A stretch of 64,000 bases of DNA from Eledone cirrhosa. Lineage: Eukaryota. Below are positions 1 to 13,865 of this stretch, piece by piece. A model generated the notes under the pieces. It worked only from the letters and a program-made list of their open reading frames with translations, was not told the origin of the DNA and made no database searches. Each line of letters starts with the position of its first letter. Positions within the stretch are counted from its first letter, which is position 1. A program made the translations under genes and the position numbers. Location of the stretch: positions 17,856,001 through 17,920,000 of the forward strand of contig OZ024747.1 in the NCBI GenBank assembly GCA_964016885.1. Reading direction: 5' to 3'.

Positions 1-204
1 TTCCTTGCAGGCCAACTCTCCATCTGGCTACCAGAAGCAGAGAATTGCTGAACAACATGAAATAAATAAACAGACGTATTTCATTTACTACATTTTGCAA
101 GTTTAGTCAACTGGAAAGAATTTTTCTTTTAGATTTTTCTTATACATCTTTTCTTAAATTCTTTTGGTACTTCTAAATCAACAAAGAAACAAAACATTCA
201 AATT

Positions 205-660
205 TTTTGTTGATGTTGTTGTTGTTGTTGTTGTAGTTTGTATTGATATTGTTGTTGTTGGTGGTGGTGGTGACGGTGGTGGTAGTGCTGGTGCTGGTGG
301 TGATGGTGCTGGTGACGTTGGGGGGGGGGGGGTAGAAATGGTCGTTGTTGAATCCTTTGTCTCCTTAGGTCAGTGGTGGTTGTGGTGGCGGCGGCGGCGG
401 CGGCGGTGCGACGATGATGGAAATTACCGTGGCCTGGTTTTCTTGAATATTTTGTTGTCGAGTATTGGTGGTGGTGGTGCTGGTAGTACTGGTGCTGGTA
501 ATGGTGCTGCTGGTGGTGGTACCGGTGCTGGTAGTGGTGGTGGCGATGGAGGTGGTGACGGCGATGGTGATGAGGGAAATTAGCATGGCCGTGGTTTTGT
601 TGAATATTCCGTAGTCGAGTAAATCCTATCAAACCTGGTGGTGGTGGTGGCGTTAGTGGT
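205..660. repeat. GGT/GTT trinucleotide low-complexity region
   Basis: Directly visible. Confidence 0.85.
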
Positions 661-829
661 TACCATGAAGGATAACGAAGAAGACATGTTTGTACATGGA
701 TTCAATTGGGCAAGATGTTAGACGTGAAACCATATTCAGAATAAAATACAAATTATTCTATTAGATTTGCTCGAAAAATAGTTCATGATAACTAAATTTT
801 TGCAACTATGGCTGTCTTACTTTCACGCT

Positions 830-1110
830 ACACTCCGCCAGTTGCAGACTGCGTATCAACATGAGATTTTTTTTCTCCACAAAGTTCGATCACCAACATC
901 AGAGTTTAAAGAGCAAAGATCAAGTCCAGTCCATCGTTTTGGCTGCCGACCTCTGCTTCTCTTACCAGCCAACCTTCCTTCCAGGCATAACCTACTCACA
1001 CCACGAGTTGGTCTTTTTATATGACCGTATAGTTTGAGTACTCTTGACATAACAATTGATGCAATTGATCTAAGTCTGGTAATGTTGAGCAGTATTTGTC
1101 AGACTTCTTG
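830..1110 (-). mobile_element. RTE-type LINE 3' fragment
   Basis: LKLYGHIKR...LEGRLAGKRSRGRQPKRW is a typical RTE ORF C-terminus. Confidence 0.75.
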
Positions 1111-1361
1111 TGCTCTCAGTTCAAACCCAGCTAGGGTCAACTTTGTCTTTCATCCTTTCAGAGATGATAACATAAAGTAGCTGTCCAGGGAAGTGAATTA
1201 ACAAAATTATTATGTCGAACGAGATGCCTTGCGGTATTTATTCCGGTGCCTTGCGTTCTGTGTTCAAATAATGCTGTGACCTACTTTTGTGACAGACTTA
1301 ATCCGTCAAGTGGTTTAACTCCACCAATTGATCCTTGAGTACATTCATGTCTCTGGTTTAA

Positions 1362-1731
1362 CCCTTTAGCATTTACATTACTCTATATATAATATTGTAT
1401 TTTCGTAGTAAAAGCTTTACCTCACATTATTATGTCACATAATATCGAATCTACAAGATTTTAATATTATTCATTTTGAGAACAATACCTTAACATAAGT
1501 ATAAGTGACCAGTTACAGTCGATTAGAACAGAGGGGGGTGAGAGAATTCTGGCCGGATACTGCCGATTTAAATGCTAATGGGTTAAGGATACTTTCCTTA
1601 AGATTTTAATATTATTTATTTTGAGAACAATACCTTAACATAAGTATAAGTAGCCAGTTAGAGCCGGTTAGAACAGAGAGTGGTGAGAGACTTCTGACCG
1701 GATACAGACGGTTTAAATGCTAAAGGGTTAA
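1362..1731 (+). mobile_element. piggyBac-type MITE plus tandem duplication of its right half
   Basis: Full copy 1362-1582 with TTAA flanks. 1600-1738 repeats the right half together with the flank ttaaggatact. Confidence 0.8.
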
Positions 1732-1849
1732 GGATACTGTCCTTGCTCCCTCCCAGCAATCTCGGTGAAAAGAGTCATGGGCACTGCTCTAGCCTCTTTA
1801 ACTAAGCAGTAAAAACATATTTTAAAATATTCATTATGGCGATGGATTG

Positions 1850-2184
1850 GGATAATCGTTAGAGAGCCGGATAAAATGCTCCTAGATCACGCTTTGAGAG
1901 AGATATATGCCGGCCTCCCTCGCATATCTGTCGTTGTACGTAAAAGAAGAGTAAGATTTTCTGGCCACTGCCATCGTGCCACCTACGAGGCTGTATCCCT
2001 ATTAGTACTTTGGAAACCACAAGCAGTCACTAATAACAGAGGTCGCAAGCTCTCCTGTCCCGATGTCATCTTTAGAGATTCTGGTATTGAAATCCAGGAC
2101 TTGGTAACGGCAATGAGCGATAGACCTACGTGGAGATCAATTGTGGAATCTATTTCGGCTGAGGCTACCGGATGATGATGATGA
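1850..2184 (+). mobile_element. RTE-type LINE 3' end with (GAT)n tail
   Basis: RRVRFSGHCHRA...LVLWKP...GRKLSCPDVIFRDSG...AMSDRPTWRSIV*, then gatgatgatgatga. Confidence 0.8.
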
Positions 2185-2739
2185 AATCATGCTAAAATCA
2201 ACTTTGTCGTTCATCCTTCTGAGATTGATAAATTTTGGTGTAGATATAATTAACTTTCCCCGCCCTACAAATTTCTGGCCTTGTGCCTAAATTAAAAAAA
2301 TATTTAGTTATGGATATTTATCTTTTGGATACGAACTCGGATTTTATTTTCAGAATTCTATAATTGATAATCTCCAATCTAGGTTCAATTTAATCCGCTA
2401 TTCTCTCGCCCAAAGGTTCTGTTGCCTATATACCTTATGTAAGGCATCGATATTTCTTCCTTTAAAAAAAATATTTTATTAAACCCTAGGTCAGTGTTGA
2501 TCTAGTAGATCTATGAGTAAAGGCGTTCCATACATGGCCATGCCGTTTTCTCTATATCTAGGGCTACAATGTCCAGTGCGTCTCTTTTTTATGTTGGATT
2601 TTTATTTTTTGATGAATCGAAACCACATCAAAAGCACCGATTTTTTTATCTCCAGAATATTTCGATTCTATGCATAAAGTTAACTTGGAGGAAGCTCTAT
2701 GAAGCTCACTCCAAGTTAAGTTCATACACACAGACATAC

Positions 2740-2743
2740 ACAA

Positions 2744-2776
<33 letters not shown>

Positions 2777-2852
2777 TACATACATACATATCTATATATA
2801 CATACATATATTTGTGTGTGTGTGTGTGTGTGTCTGATTAATATAATATACC

Positions 2853-2891
<39 letters not shown>

Positions 2892-3052
2892 TTGTGTGTG
2901 TGTGTGTGTCTGATTAATATAATATACCCACACACACACACATATATATTATATATATATATATATATATGTATGTATATATGTATGTATATATTTATTT
3001 ATATATATGTATATATATATATATATATATATGTGTATATATATATATATAT

Positions 3053-3083
<31 letters not shown>

Positions 3084-3314
3084 GTATATGTATATATATA
3101 TATATGTATATATATATGTATATATATATATGTGTATATATATATGTATAATATATATGTATATGTTTATATATATGTGTATATATATATGTATAATATA
3201 TATGTATATGTATATATGTGTATATATATATGTATATGTTTATATATATATATATATATATATATATGTTTATATATATATATATATATATATGTTTATA
3301 TATATATATAAACA

Positions 3315-3345
<31 letters not shown>

Positions 3346-3348
3346 GTT

Positions 3349-3379
<31 letters not shown>

Positions 3380-3382
3380 GTT

Positions 3383-3442
<60 letters not shown>

Positions 3443-3450
3443 TATATATA

Positions 3451-3490
<40 letters not shown>

Positions 3491-3498
3491 TATATATA

Positions 3499-3548
<50 letters not shown>

Positions 3549-3571
3549 TATATACATATATGTTTATATAC

Positions 3572-3611
<40 letters not shown>

Positions 3612-3612
3612 G
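2740..3612. repeat. Compound (TA)n/(TG)n microsatellite
   Basis: Directly visible. Confidence 0.95.
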
Positions 3613-4288
3613 CAGATGTAGTGATGCGAGGGAAGTTAACTTGGCGAACTAACGCCACAGTCGATTAATTCAGGCTCCACGCCAAATTAAGAAATCAATT
3701 AGTATATGTGTGGCGCTAGACCAGAGGCAATCGTTTATCCATTCCCTCTAATTAGAAATGGTTGGGTTTATCATATTTTTTTCTCCTCGTTTCTTTTACT
3801 CACTATTTCCCAAATTAAGAAATATTTTTAAAAAAAAAAAAAAAAAAATATCAACTAGTTTGAAAGTAATATAAAGTGACCGGATTGTAACTCTTATTTG
3901 ACCGTTATTGCTAGCCTTGCTGTTAAAAATATTACTGTTTCTTTTGGCTGTGTTTGCTAATTAACCTAATTATTAATGTGTCTCAGTTCAGCCTGAATGA
4001 AATAGTAGCCAAATCTTCACCAATCACACCTATAGCTATCTTTAAAAAGAAACGGTTTGAACAGAGGGATAAAATGGATATATTCTGGATATATTACGTC
4101 TACAACAACGATATAAAAGGAAAAGGTTTGCTCCATGAAAGTAGCAGGGGCTGAAGGTGCTAAAGACGATCCAAATGAAGGAGCCTCTGCGTGGTTGTTT
4201 GTTCTATTAGAAATGACAGTCGAATTTCCCTCGAATTGACTCTTTTAAAAGGAGGTTACATTGGATAATGTAACTTTATATATATATA

Positions 4289-4375
<87 letters not shown>

Positions 4376-4617
4376 GTTTACACACACATATATATATATA
4401 TAAGCATTTGCATACGTATATATATTTGTTTATATATAGCTGTCGAAACGGCCGGAACTCAAGCGTCGGGGTCCTGACTCCTTTCCTATATATATATATA
4501 TATATATATATTAAAATAACAGATTAAAGTTTAACCAAAGAATCGCTGCTTTCACCCTTAACGGGATCTTCTGAAACTAACAAAGTCAATCTGTAAACGC
4601 AGAAGTGGATATATATA

Positions 4618-4811
4618 AGTTTATCCCGGGTTCAATCGGGGGTAGCCACAGTAAGTAAGGTACTCAATAGAAAGCAGAGTATAAATATTTGATATAGAAC
4701 AGCTTCTATAGGACTAGAACTGTTTCATTCGGGAGAAATCATCAGGAAGTCCCGATGATTTCTCCTGAATGAAACAGCTCTAGTCCTGTAGAAGCTTTTC
4801 TATATCAAATA
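4618..4811. mobile_element. TA-inserted palindromic PLE-terminus fragment with hammerhead; same family at 34161-34285 and 34465-34640
   Basis: A ~68-bp tail is followed by inverted arms 4686-4747/4750-4811. Arm consensus is cttc-CTGATGA-t ttc tccc gaa t-GAAACAG..CTGTA-gaag. The tail ccgggttcaatcgggggtarccacrgtaagtaaggtactcaata recurs at 34.2 and 34.5 kb. Confidence 0.72.
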
Positions 4812-4838
4812 TATATATATATATATATACAGATCTAT

Positions 4839-4870
<32 letters not shown>

Positions 4871-4874
4871 CTGT

Positions 4875-4923
<49 letters not shown>

Positions 4924-5375
4924 TAGAAAGTCTACTTTTATTATTCGTATCATACATACACGTTTAATTTAAAACCCAACCCAAACATTAACAAGATTTT
5001 CCAATAATCTAGAAATGGAAGGACTAACAGTCTGGTATATTTTCGCCTCCACATCGTGCCTACGGAAAGGACTGAATTAGACAGCTTCTTGGGAAATGAT
5101 TTGAATATTTGAATATATTTGAAATAATTTTTGATCTTGCGATATAATAAATAGCAATATTTACTTGAAGCAAAGTAACTTTTCAAAATAAGACTAAGAA
5201 ACCACATGGGACTCACATAAGAGATGTTGCTCCAGCATGATATGAACTCATCTGATTAATGATATGTTAACAGCTTTGCTGTACCCACTCGACTATTTCG
5301 TCTCTAAAAGGCTACAATTTTATCATTTTGAGGTCGAAAAATAAAGTACCAGTCCAGAACTGTTGTTTATTCTTC

Positions 5376-5407
<32 letters not shown>

Positions 5408-6002
5408 GTATCTCTTTCTCTCTCTATCTGTCTACCTCTTTTTTCTCCGTTCTCTTATTCTTTCTCTCCAGAAGAAATTAGCTGTGTTCCGACCTAGAGA
5501 AGTATGAGCTCCGCCATGTTTGAAATGTCCATTATGTCTTCATCTGGAGATAAGAGTCCTTTATCTTACCACAAAACTACACAATATCACTAAATAACAT
5601 TGATCACTCAATATAGTGGTCTTCTATTGATTTCAGTGATGAATATTCCAGTTATTCAGTCAACAATCAACAGAACTACTCAGTGAATTTTAGTATGAGA
5701 GGTTGAGTATTCCACAGATATATGTATCCTTAAAGCAATACTTAAGCAGAATCAACATGTGAATTATCTGTATAATGCATCCAGTAAGTTTCCAAGCATT
5801 TTCCGTCTCCTTAATTTCACTTATCAGCTTTAACATCAAAGACGGAACTTCTAAGCAGTCTCATGAACTGTTAGAAAGAGCAGTCAAAACTCCCCAAGAT
5901 CATATCCTATCGAGTTTTTCTTTTTTTCTTTTAATAGGATGCATTAGATAATGTGATCCTGATGTATTATGGATGTTTACAACCTTGAACACCTGTCATT
6001 AT

Positions 6003-6625
6003 AGGTGGATTGGCAGTATCGGTAGAGACTCGGACACCTTGCTTCACAGCATAGAGTTACGGCCCTTTACGGTCTGAGTTCAAATCCCGCCGAGGTTAAC
6101 TTTACCTTTCATCCTTACGGGGTCGATAAAATAAAGTACCAGTAATACATTGGGATAATTGCTGGCCTTGTGCCAAATGTAGAAACAATTATAGGTGTGC
6201 TCAAAATGGCGGTGGATTGGTAGAATCGTTAGCACGTCTGACAAAATTATTTGCGGCATTTGTTGTGGCTCTTTACATTCTGGTTTCAAATCCTGTAGAG
6301 GTTCACTTTGCTTTTCATCCTTTCAAGGTCAATAAATAAATATCAGTCACGTACTGGAGTCGGTATAATCAACTTTCCTCTTAACTACAAAATTGTTGGC
6401 CTTCTATAATTAGAAACTATTATAGGTGGAACAAGGGCGGTGGATTGGCAGTATCGGTAGAGGGTCGGACGCCATGCTTTCCAGCATAGTTACGTCCCTT
6501 TACGATCTGAGTTCAAATCCCGCCGAGGTTGACTTTGCCTTTCATCCTTACGGGGTCGATAAAATAAAGTACCAGTAATGCACTGGATAATTGCTGGCCT
6601 TGTGCCTAAAGTAGAAACAATTATA
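6003..6625 (+). mobile_element. Three consecutive family A SINE copies
   Basis: Copies at ~6003-6192, 6207-6420 and 6436-6622. attataggtg recurs at the junctions. Confidence 0.85.
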
Positions 6626-7680
6626 GGTGTACTCAATCATAATAGACCTCGAACTAAGCCATAACAATTTACAATTTGATACTATGGTAGAAATATTGTA
6701 CAATAGAGTCAAAGCCGAGACATTATGATTGCAAATGCTTGTACCAGGTTACACAACAAATTCATCAAGATAGAGCATAACTCAAAATGCATTGTGGTAT
6801 TTGTTTTGATTCTCTGCACTTTGAATTCAAATCCCTCCGAATCAATATCCCCTGATATCAGCGTCCCTCCAAGATCAACATCCCGCCGAGATCAACATTC
6901 TTTCAAAATCAACATTCGTCTGGCATCAAAATCTCTCCAAGATTAACGTCCTTCCGAGATCAACGTGCTTCCAAAATCAACATCTCTCAGAGATGAGCGT
7001 CCTTTCGGAATCAATAAAGAGGAGTGCCAATCCATTGGCTGAATTGTTATAGCATTAGACGAGTTGTCTCGCAGTATTTGTTTTGGTTCTTTGCGTTCCG
7101 AGTTGAAAATCCGTTGACTGGTTTAAGATCTGCACCTGACTCTTGGAGTCCACTCAACGGAGTCCACTCAACGGAGTCCACTCTGTTGTAAATATTCGGT
7201 TGTGATTTCTTGCTTGAGGATATTATCCACTCTTCTTCCTAAAGCCTTGAAACGGGGTCATGAGCGTTGCCCTCCTCCATGACAAAACAGTAAAAACAAG
7301 CAATACATAAACTCAGAGAAAAGCACAGCAAAATAACACAATATAGACTGAACATGATATCAGTTAACCCTTTTAATATAATTAAAGCAGCCAACCATTA
7401 TTGTTGTATGTTTATTTACTGCTACACTACACAGTATTCTGACGTCAATGTCTAACAAAGTTCGTCTGTATACATTTTTTTTTACAACTTTTCATTATCA
7501 TAATTATTATCATCATCATCGTCATCCTCAACAACAACAACATCGTCGTCGTCATCGCTGTCGCCGTCCTCACCATCATCATCATTGACATTATCATTTT
7601 CATTATATCAACATTATCATCGTCATCATAATTAATATCATTATCATCATCATTATCACCTTCCTCATTATTATTATTAC

Positions 7681-7717
<37 letters not shown>

Positions 7718-7758
7718 GCTGTGGTCATTGTTGTTGTTATTATCATTATTATTATTTA

Positions 7759-7795
<37 letters not shown>

Positions 7796-8369
7796 TATTT
7801 CATTCTTCTTTTAGCTTTAGTTTTAATACACGACTGAGTAATACTATTTTGGCACTTCGAAATCGAAAACAAAAAAAGGAAAATGGAACAAAAAAATGTC
7901 AGACTAATAAAACAACAATAAAAATGAAGAACACCAACAACAACAACACAAACAACATCAACAACAGCAACATCAACTACAACAATAAGTAAAAAGAAAA
8001 ATTAATCACTGCGAAATTAATCACTTCAACCTTTTAACTGTTTTATACGTTATGTATATATGTATGTATATGTGTATGGATGGATGTATATATCTATGTA
8101 TGTAGCTATGTATGTATGTGCATGTATGTATGAATGTATGTATAAATGTATGTATGAATGTAAGTATGTATGAATGTATATATGTATGTATACGTGTATG
8201 TATTATGTATTTGTATGTATGTAGGCATATATGTATATATGTACTTGCCTGTTGGTATGTATATATGTATGTATGTACTTATATATGTTGATTGATAGGT
8301 AAGTAGGTAAATAGCTATGTATGTATATATGTATAAAGGCATTTATGTATGTATGTATGTAGGCATGCA

Positions 8370-8503
<134 letters not shown>

Positions 8504-9139
8504 AACGATAACATTAACACAGCATTCTTCAAATTAAAAGTGTATATGAACCCATATCAAATATGTTTGTCATACAATAAACCAAAATTTATTCGCGTTG
8601 CTTTTACGCTGTAGTCATAAAACAGTTGCTACAGCATCGATGTAAGAGCCGTACATGCCTGCATTCTACTGTTGTGACAGAAAAGTGAAATCTTGATTTT
8701 ACCATGCTGATGTATGTCTTCTTTATCTTGGAAGCCAAGGACGGGGAGACATCGCATCATTGGAAGCCACGGACGGGAAGAATGAAGACGCGTGAAAGAT
8801 AGTCGGCTCTCACCACATATTTATATACGCACATACGTATGTGTGCAAACAAGGATGTCTTTTCATACGTGAATATGTAGGTTTTCATATATGTACGTAT
8901 ACATGTATGTATACACATTTCTATGTCTCCGCGCATATATACATATATATATATATATATAAGTTGAAATAAAATGAAAACGAAATTTCATTTCTCACTC
9001 TTAGTACGGCACTTACTTATCGTTTTCGGTATGCCTGACCGACTTAACTCACTCGATATGCAAATTAGGCTGCTCAGCCGTTAATTTTCAGAAGGAAAGT
9101 ATATACTTTCGAACGTTCAACTATCTGGCAGAAGGGTAT

Positions 9140-9182
9140 ACGGTGCTGATGATAGCTAACAAGCTTGAAACTAGTACATCGT
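9140..9182 (+). ncRNA. Minimal hammerhead ribozyme motif
   Basis: acggtg-CTGATGA-t agc taacaa gct t-GAAAC-ta-GTA-catcgt. Stem I has 6 pairs including one G.U; stem III is the palindrome ACTAGT. It lies in a ~360-bp insert (8962-9315) between TA tracts. Confidence 0.78.
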
Positions 9183-9337
9183 TCCTGTGTCAGTGTTGAA
9201 CAAAAAGGTGACGTGGTTGCCTTAACACCGTGCGGCATAAAATTCAGGCTGTTCAGTTTGTTTACAAACGAACAAAGCGGCGTTATAATAAGCGTCCGCT
9301 AAACTGATACGTGCATATATGTATGTGTACCTGTATG

Positions 9338-9385
<48 letters not shown>

Positions 9386-9435
9386 TGCTACTGTACGTCT
9401 GTATACATATATGTATGTACGTATACACACATACT

Positions 9436-9478
<43 letters not shown>

Positions 9479-9482
9479 GCAT

Positions 9483-9841
9483 ATGATGGCTGCAAACTCT
9501 GCTAAGAGTAATGCAATCGCTTGTCAGATTATAGAGTTAAACCACTGGGAGTGAAGGACCCCTAGCCTTTGTTAGGGCATCCTTTTAGGAGAAGGCAACT
9601 CAGGAAACTGGGATAACTCCGACATAAAACCTGCGGCCCAGTAGTTACCGATGATGCTGATCTTTTCTCCTTTTCGGGTTATAGCTAATGTCGCTCAGAG
9701 AGAGGATTGGCTCAGTGCAAAGTCTTTCTTCACTTTAAAAAAGTCTTCACGCATAAGCATTGCATGATACCTTAATTGATACTTATTAATAATGTTATAT
9801 CGTGCAATGGCCATACTTGATAACGAGGGGGCAGCCATCAT
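9483..9841. mobile_element. ~360-bp non-autonomous element; inverted partial copy at 45132-45408, distant relative at 44707-45110
   Basis: Ends atgatggctgc / gcagccatcat. The 45132-45408 segment is the reverse complement of ~9568-9841. Confidence 0.65.
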
Positions 9842-10011
9842 GTATATACATATGTATGCCTACACTCATAGGTCTTGCATGTCAGCACATATGGATATGC
9901 CCTTATATGTAAAACTCTTTGGAAGACCGTCAGATGGCTTACACCTTAAATTCAAAGTAACAGCTTTGTCACATAAACTGTGTCACGTTTAATCTCCTTG
10001 AGGATTTCGTT

Positions 10012-10432
10012 AAGGGTACACGTGTCTGTGAAGGGTACACATGTCTGTGAAGGGTACGCGTGTCTGTGAAGGGTACGCGTGTCTGTGAAGGGTGACGCGT
10101 GTCTGTGAAGGGTACACGTGTCTGTGAAGGGTACGCGTGTCTGTGAAGCGTACGCGTGTCTGTGAAGGGTACGGGTGTCTGTGAAGGGTACGCGTGTCTG
10201 TGAAGGGTACGCGTGTCTGTGAAGGGTACGCGTGTCTGTGAAGGGTACACATGTCTGTGAAGGGTACACGTGTCTATGAAGGGTACGGGTGTCTGTGAAG
10301 GGTACGCGTGTCTGTGAAGGGTACGCGTGTCTGTGAAGGATACGCGTGTCTGTGAAGGGTACGCGTGTCTGTGAAGGGTACGCGTGTCTGTGAAAGATAC
10401 ACGTGTATGTGAAGGGTACACGTGTCTGTGAA
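10012..10432. repeat. 19-bp minisatellite, ~22 copies
   Basis: Unit aagggtacgcgtgtctgtg. Confidence 0.95.
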
Positions 10433-11094
10433 ATGATCATTCACTTACACATTAATTTCATAAACAGTCTGTTCCGTTGATCCAACAAGAACACTCATTG
10501 TCGAAACCGACGGAAGTTCATTCCAGTCGATATGCACTTATTTTATGCTGAATGTTGGACTATACATATTTTCACAGTTCCATTAATAGCTTTAATCTCA
10601 AGATTTAAACTAAAACAGCAGATTACTTTTGAAGATTGTTCGCTACTATTTTTATAATCTCGGGCTATTTGTTAATTTTAAATTTTGATTTTAATTTTTA
10701 AAGCAAGAATCTTATTGAATATTATATCGAATTATCAACTAAGAGAATAATAATCGACCCACAAGCAATTCTTGTACACAGATATATGTATGTGTGTATG
10801 TTTATTTCTGTGTGTGTGTGTATGTGTGTGTGTGTGACTGTGTCTGTGTGTGTGTGTTTATGTGTGTTTGTGTGCCTGTGTGCCTGTGTGCATGTTTGTG
10901 TGAGTGTGTGTGCATGTTTGTGTGTATGTGTGTGCGTGTGTGTGTGAGTGTGTGTGCATGTGTGTGCATGTGTGTGTGTATTTGTGTGTATGTGTGTGTG
11001 TGCATGTTTGTGTGAGTGCATGTGTGTGTGCATGTTTGTGTGTTTGTGTGTGTGTGTGTGTGTTTTAGCTATTATTGATAACTCAATGCATCAA

Positions 11095-11815
11095 ACTTGT
11101 GTATGAATTAAGATAATCTATTGCCAGGGAGCATCATCTATAAAAGTCCACACAGAAAGCAACACATTCAATATTAAAGGAGAAGATAAGGTGTTATGAT
11201 ATGGCTCAAACTCTTTAATGCTGTACTGGAAGACATCTTTAAAAAGCTTAACTGGGATGAAGAAGAAATAAACATAAGTGGTGTATTATTATATCATTTA
11301 AGCATTGCTTAAGACATAATCCTTTTCTCAAATGAAGCTCAAGAACAGAAACAAATATTAAATGAAGTGAACAGTGTATATAAGATAGGATTAACACTAA
11401 ATATGAAGAAAATACGAGTCATGTTTAATAGTCATAAAATTCGCCCATAGTACTATAATAACATCTTACAAATATATTTATTTAGCACAGGTAATATCGA
11501 CAGTCGATCGACTTTCGTCAAATCGGACGTGGAAACAATGTTTCCATTGGTCTTTCCAATTGCTAATACTATCTATCGGTTGCAACCACAGGTAGAAGAA
11601 GGAACATGAAATAAAGTGTCTTGCCCAAGGACATAACGCATCGCCCGGTCCGGGAATCGAAATCACAACCTCACGATTGCGAATCCAATTCTCTAACCAT
11701 TTAGCGACGCGCTTCACTCAAACAGGTAATATAGAGGAGGTAAAAAGAAATCAAGTTGCCTAGTGTGTTTTTGGTAACTTAAATGACATTGAAATGTAAG
11801 ACGCCACAATGCCTA
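11095..11815 (+). pseudogene. Decayed RTE-type LINE reverse transcriptase fragment
   Basis: Remnants such as LNWDEEEINISGVLLYHLSIA*DIILFSNEAQEQKQILNE (RT catalytic region) and GLTLNMKKIRVM. Split by a SINE. Confidence 0.65.
11498..11721 (-). mobile_element. tRNA-derived SINE family B with 11-bp TSD, inserted in an RT fragment
   Basis: tRNA-like head with A/B boxes, followed by gtccttgggcaagacacttt. TSD acaggtaatat at 11487-11497/11722-11732. Confidence 0.85.
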
Positions 11816-11859
11816 TCTCTATAATGATATTATATATATATTATATAATATATTGTATA

Positions 11860-11901
<42 letters not shown>

Positions 11902-12728
11902 GATATATTATATAATATATATGTATATATTATATAATATATATATATTATATGATACATTATATAATATATATATAAATATATATATTATATATATAAT
12001 ATATTACATTATATAACATATATATATATATTATATAATATATTATATATATATATACATATATTATATGATATATTATACAATATGTTATATATATATA
12101 CATATATTATATGATATATTATACAATATATATATATATATAAGAGAGAGAGAGAGAAAGAGAGATAGAAAGAGAAAGAGAGAGAGTGATTATGTGTATA
12201 TATATTATATGAATCTATATTTATTGTGTGTGTATAACTGCATAATCTGAACTCTAATCGTTTAGACTATTGTCTTTAGTAAAGACAATAGAAACATCGA
12301 CTGTCCACTCTACACACACAGACACAGACACACACATACTTACACACACACACACACACAGAAACGCACACATTTTACGCCACACCAACCACCAAGAAAC
12401 CCTTAATGTTCATAAATCTGTAATAACATAAATGAAAATGAAAAATATACAAACCTCAATGTCAATGTCTTAAGATATAGCGGAAATTGAATTTAATTGA
12501 GAACTTAATTGCTAGTTGTTGTTGAGCTAGGTGAAAGCATCACTGAATGACAGTTGTCAAAATGACAATTCACAGGAAGTAAGTTTATTTCAATATATCG
12601 AAAACCTAATCAAATCTAGACATCTTGATCTTGTTGTTATTTCTTGTATCGAATGTTTGAAGCTGGCCGGATAGTTAGAATGCTGGTCATACAACTAGCT
12701 AACAAGGAGTTCGATAAACAATTTAATG

Positions 12729-13222
12729 CAGCGTTTCTCAACCTTTTTGTCCCTGTGGAACCCCGGAAAAAGTTTTCATGTCTCAAGGAAACTCTGCATA
12801 ACAACGGTGGATTGGCAGTATCGGTAGAGGGTCGGACGCCATGCTTTGCAGCATAGAGTTACGGCCATTTATGATCCGAGTTCAAATCCCGCCGAGGTTA
12901 ACTTTCATCCTTACGGGGTCGATAAAATAAAGTACCAGTTATGCACTGGGATAATTGCTGTCCTTGTGCCAAAAGTAGAAACAATTATATACCATTATCA
13001 ATACCTGTCTCATTTATATTTTTACCGTAGTTATTATAATAGCCAAGGATATTCCAAGATTATTCCATGCGTGTAGAGTATAATTACGAATATAAAATTA
13101 AGCCAAAATTAGTCAAGAATGCATTATTTTATTTATCACTGTTTTTTGCAGAATCTCTAACGACCTCTTGCGGAACTCTAAGGCTCCGGGGAACACCGAG
13201 GAACACCGGTTGAAAAATGGTG
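12729..13222. mobile_element. hAT-type MITE with 8-bp TSD
   Basis: ATTTAATG|cagcgtttctcaacc...ggttgaaaaatggtg|ATTTAATG. Confidence 0.78.
12805..12986 (+). mobile_element. Family A SINE nested in a hAT-type MITE
   Basis: Near-identical to the 54659-54846 copy. Confidence 0.88.
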
Positions 13223-13687
13223 ATTTAATGTTTTAACACTGTCTTTGTAGTATGTTCTTCTTTAGTTCTCTTGCTCCCTATGGAACATTGGGTGAGAAGC
13301 ATCTCCATTTATGTATATATAGTTTAAAGATACCATGGAAATGCGTATAACAGCTATTGGATTATATATATATATATATATCGCGTGACGAACTGAACGC
13401 TGAAACAAGAGAAAAGGTGGACATTTTAAAGGCCTTATTTTTTTTTGGGGGGGGGGGGGGGGGAATTTGCAAAAAAAAAAATGTTTTCAGTAATATCTGC
13501 CCCCTAGAGGCGGGAATGGATATGGCCTACCCACTCTTCACAAAAGGAGAAGTTTTCTTAAATCTCAGGAATTAAACTTGGGTAGTTTCAGAACTTCAAA
13601 TCGATAAATGCGACCTCCCGCCGGATTGAAGTGAAAACACGTGCTTACAATTCAGAAGCAAACAAAAACTATATATAAATATATAAG

Positions 13688-13865
13688 TGTTTCTACTATT
13701 GGCACAAGGCCAGCAATTATCCCAGTACATTACTGGTACTTTATTTTCTCGACCCCGTAAGGATGAAAGGCAAAATTAACCTCGGCGGGATTTGAACTCA
13801 GAACGTAAAGGGCCATAACTATGCTGCAAAGCATGGTTTCTGACGCTCCACCGATACTGCCAAAC
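13688..13865 (-). mobile_element. Family A SINE (partial minus copy also at 14135-14238)
   Basis: Reverse complement of the family consensus. Confidence 0.85.

Noticed and set aside
1-70. Possible exon at the window edge (+: QLSIWLPEAENC* after ttgcag; or a minus-strand acceptor at 48-49)
   Set aside because: Too short and ambiguous in strand. There is no recognisable homology.
164-632. Gly-rich and His-rich ORFs
   Set aside because: GGT/GTT simple repeats with no supporting splice or domain evidence.
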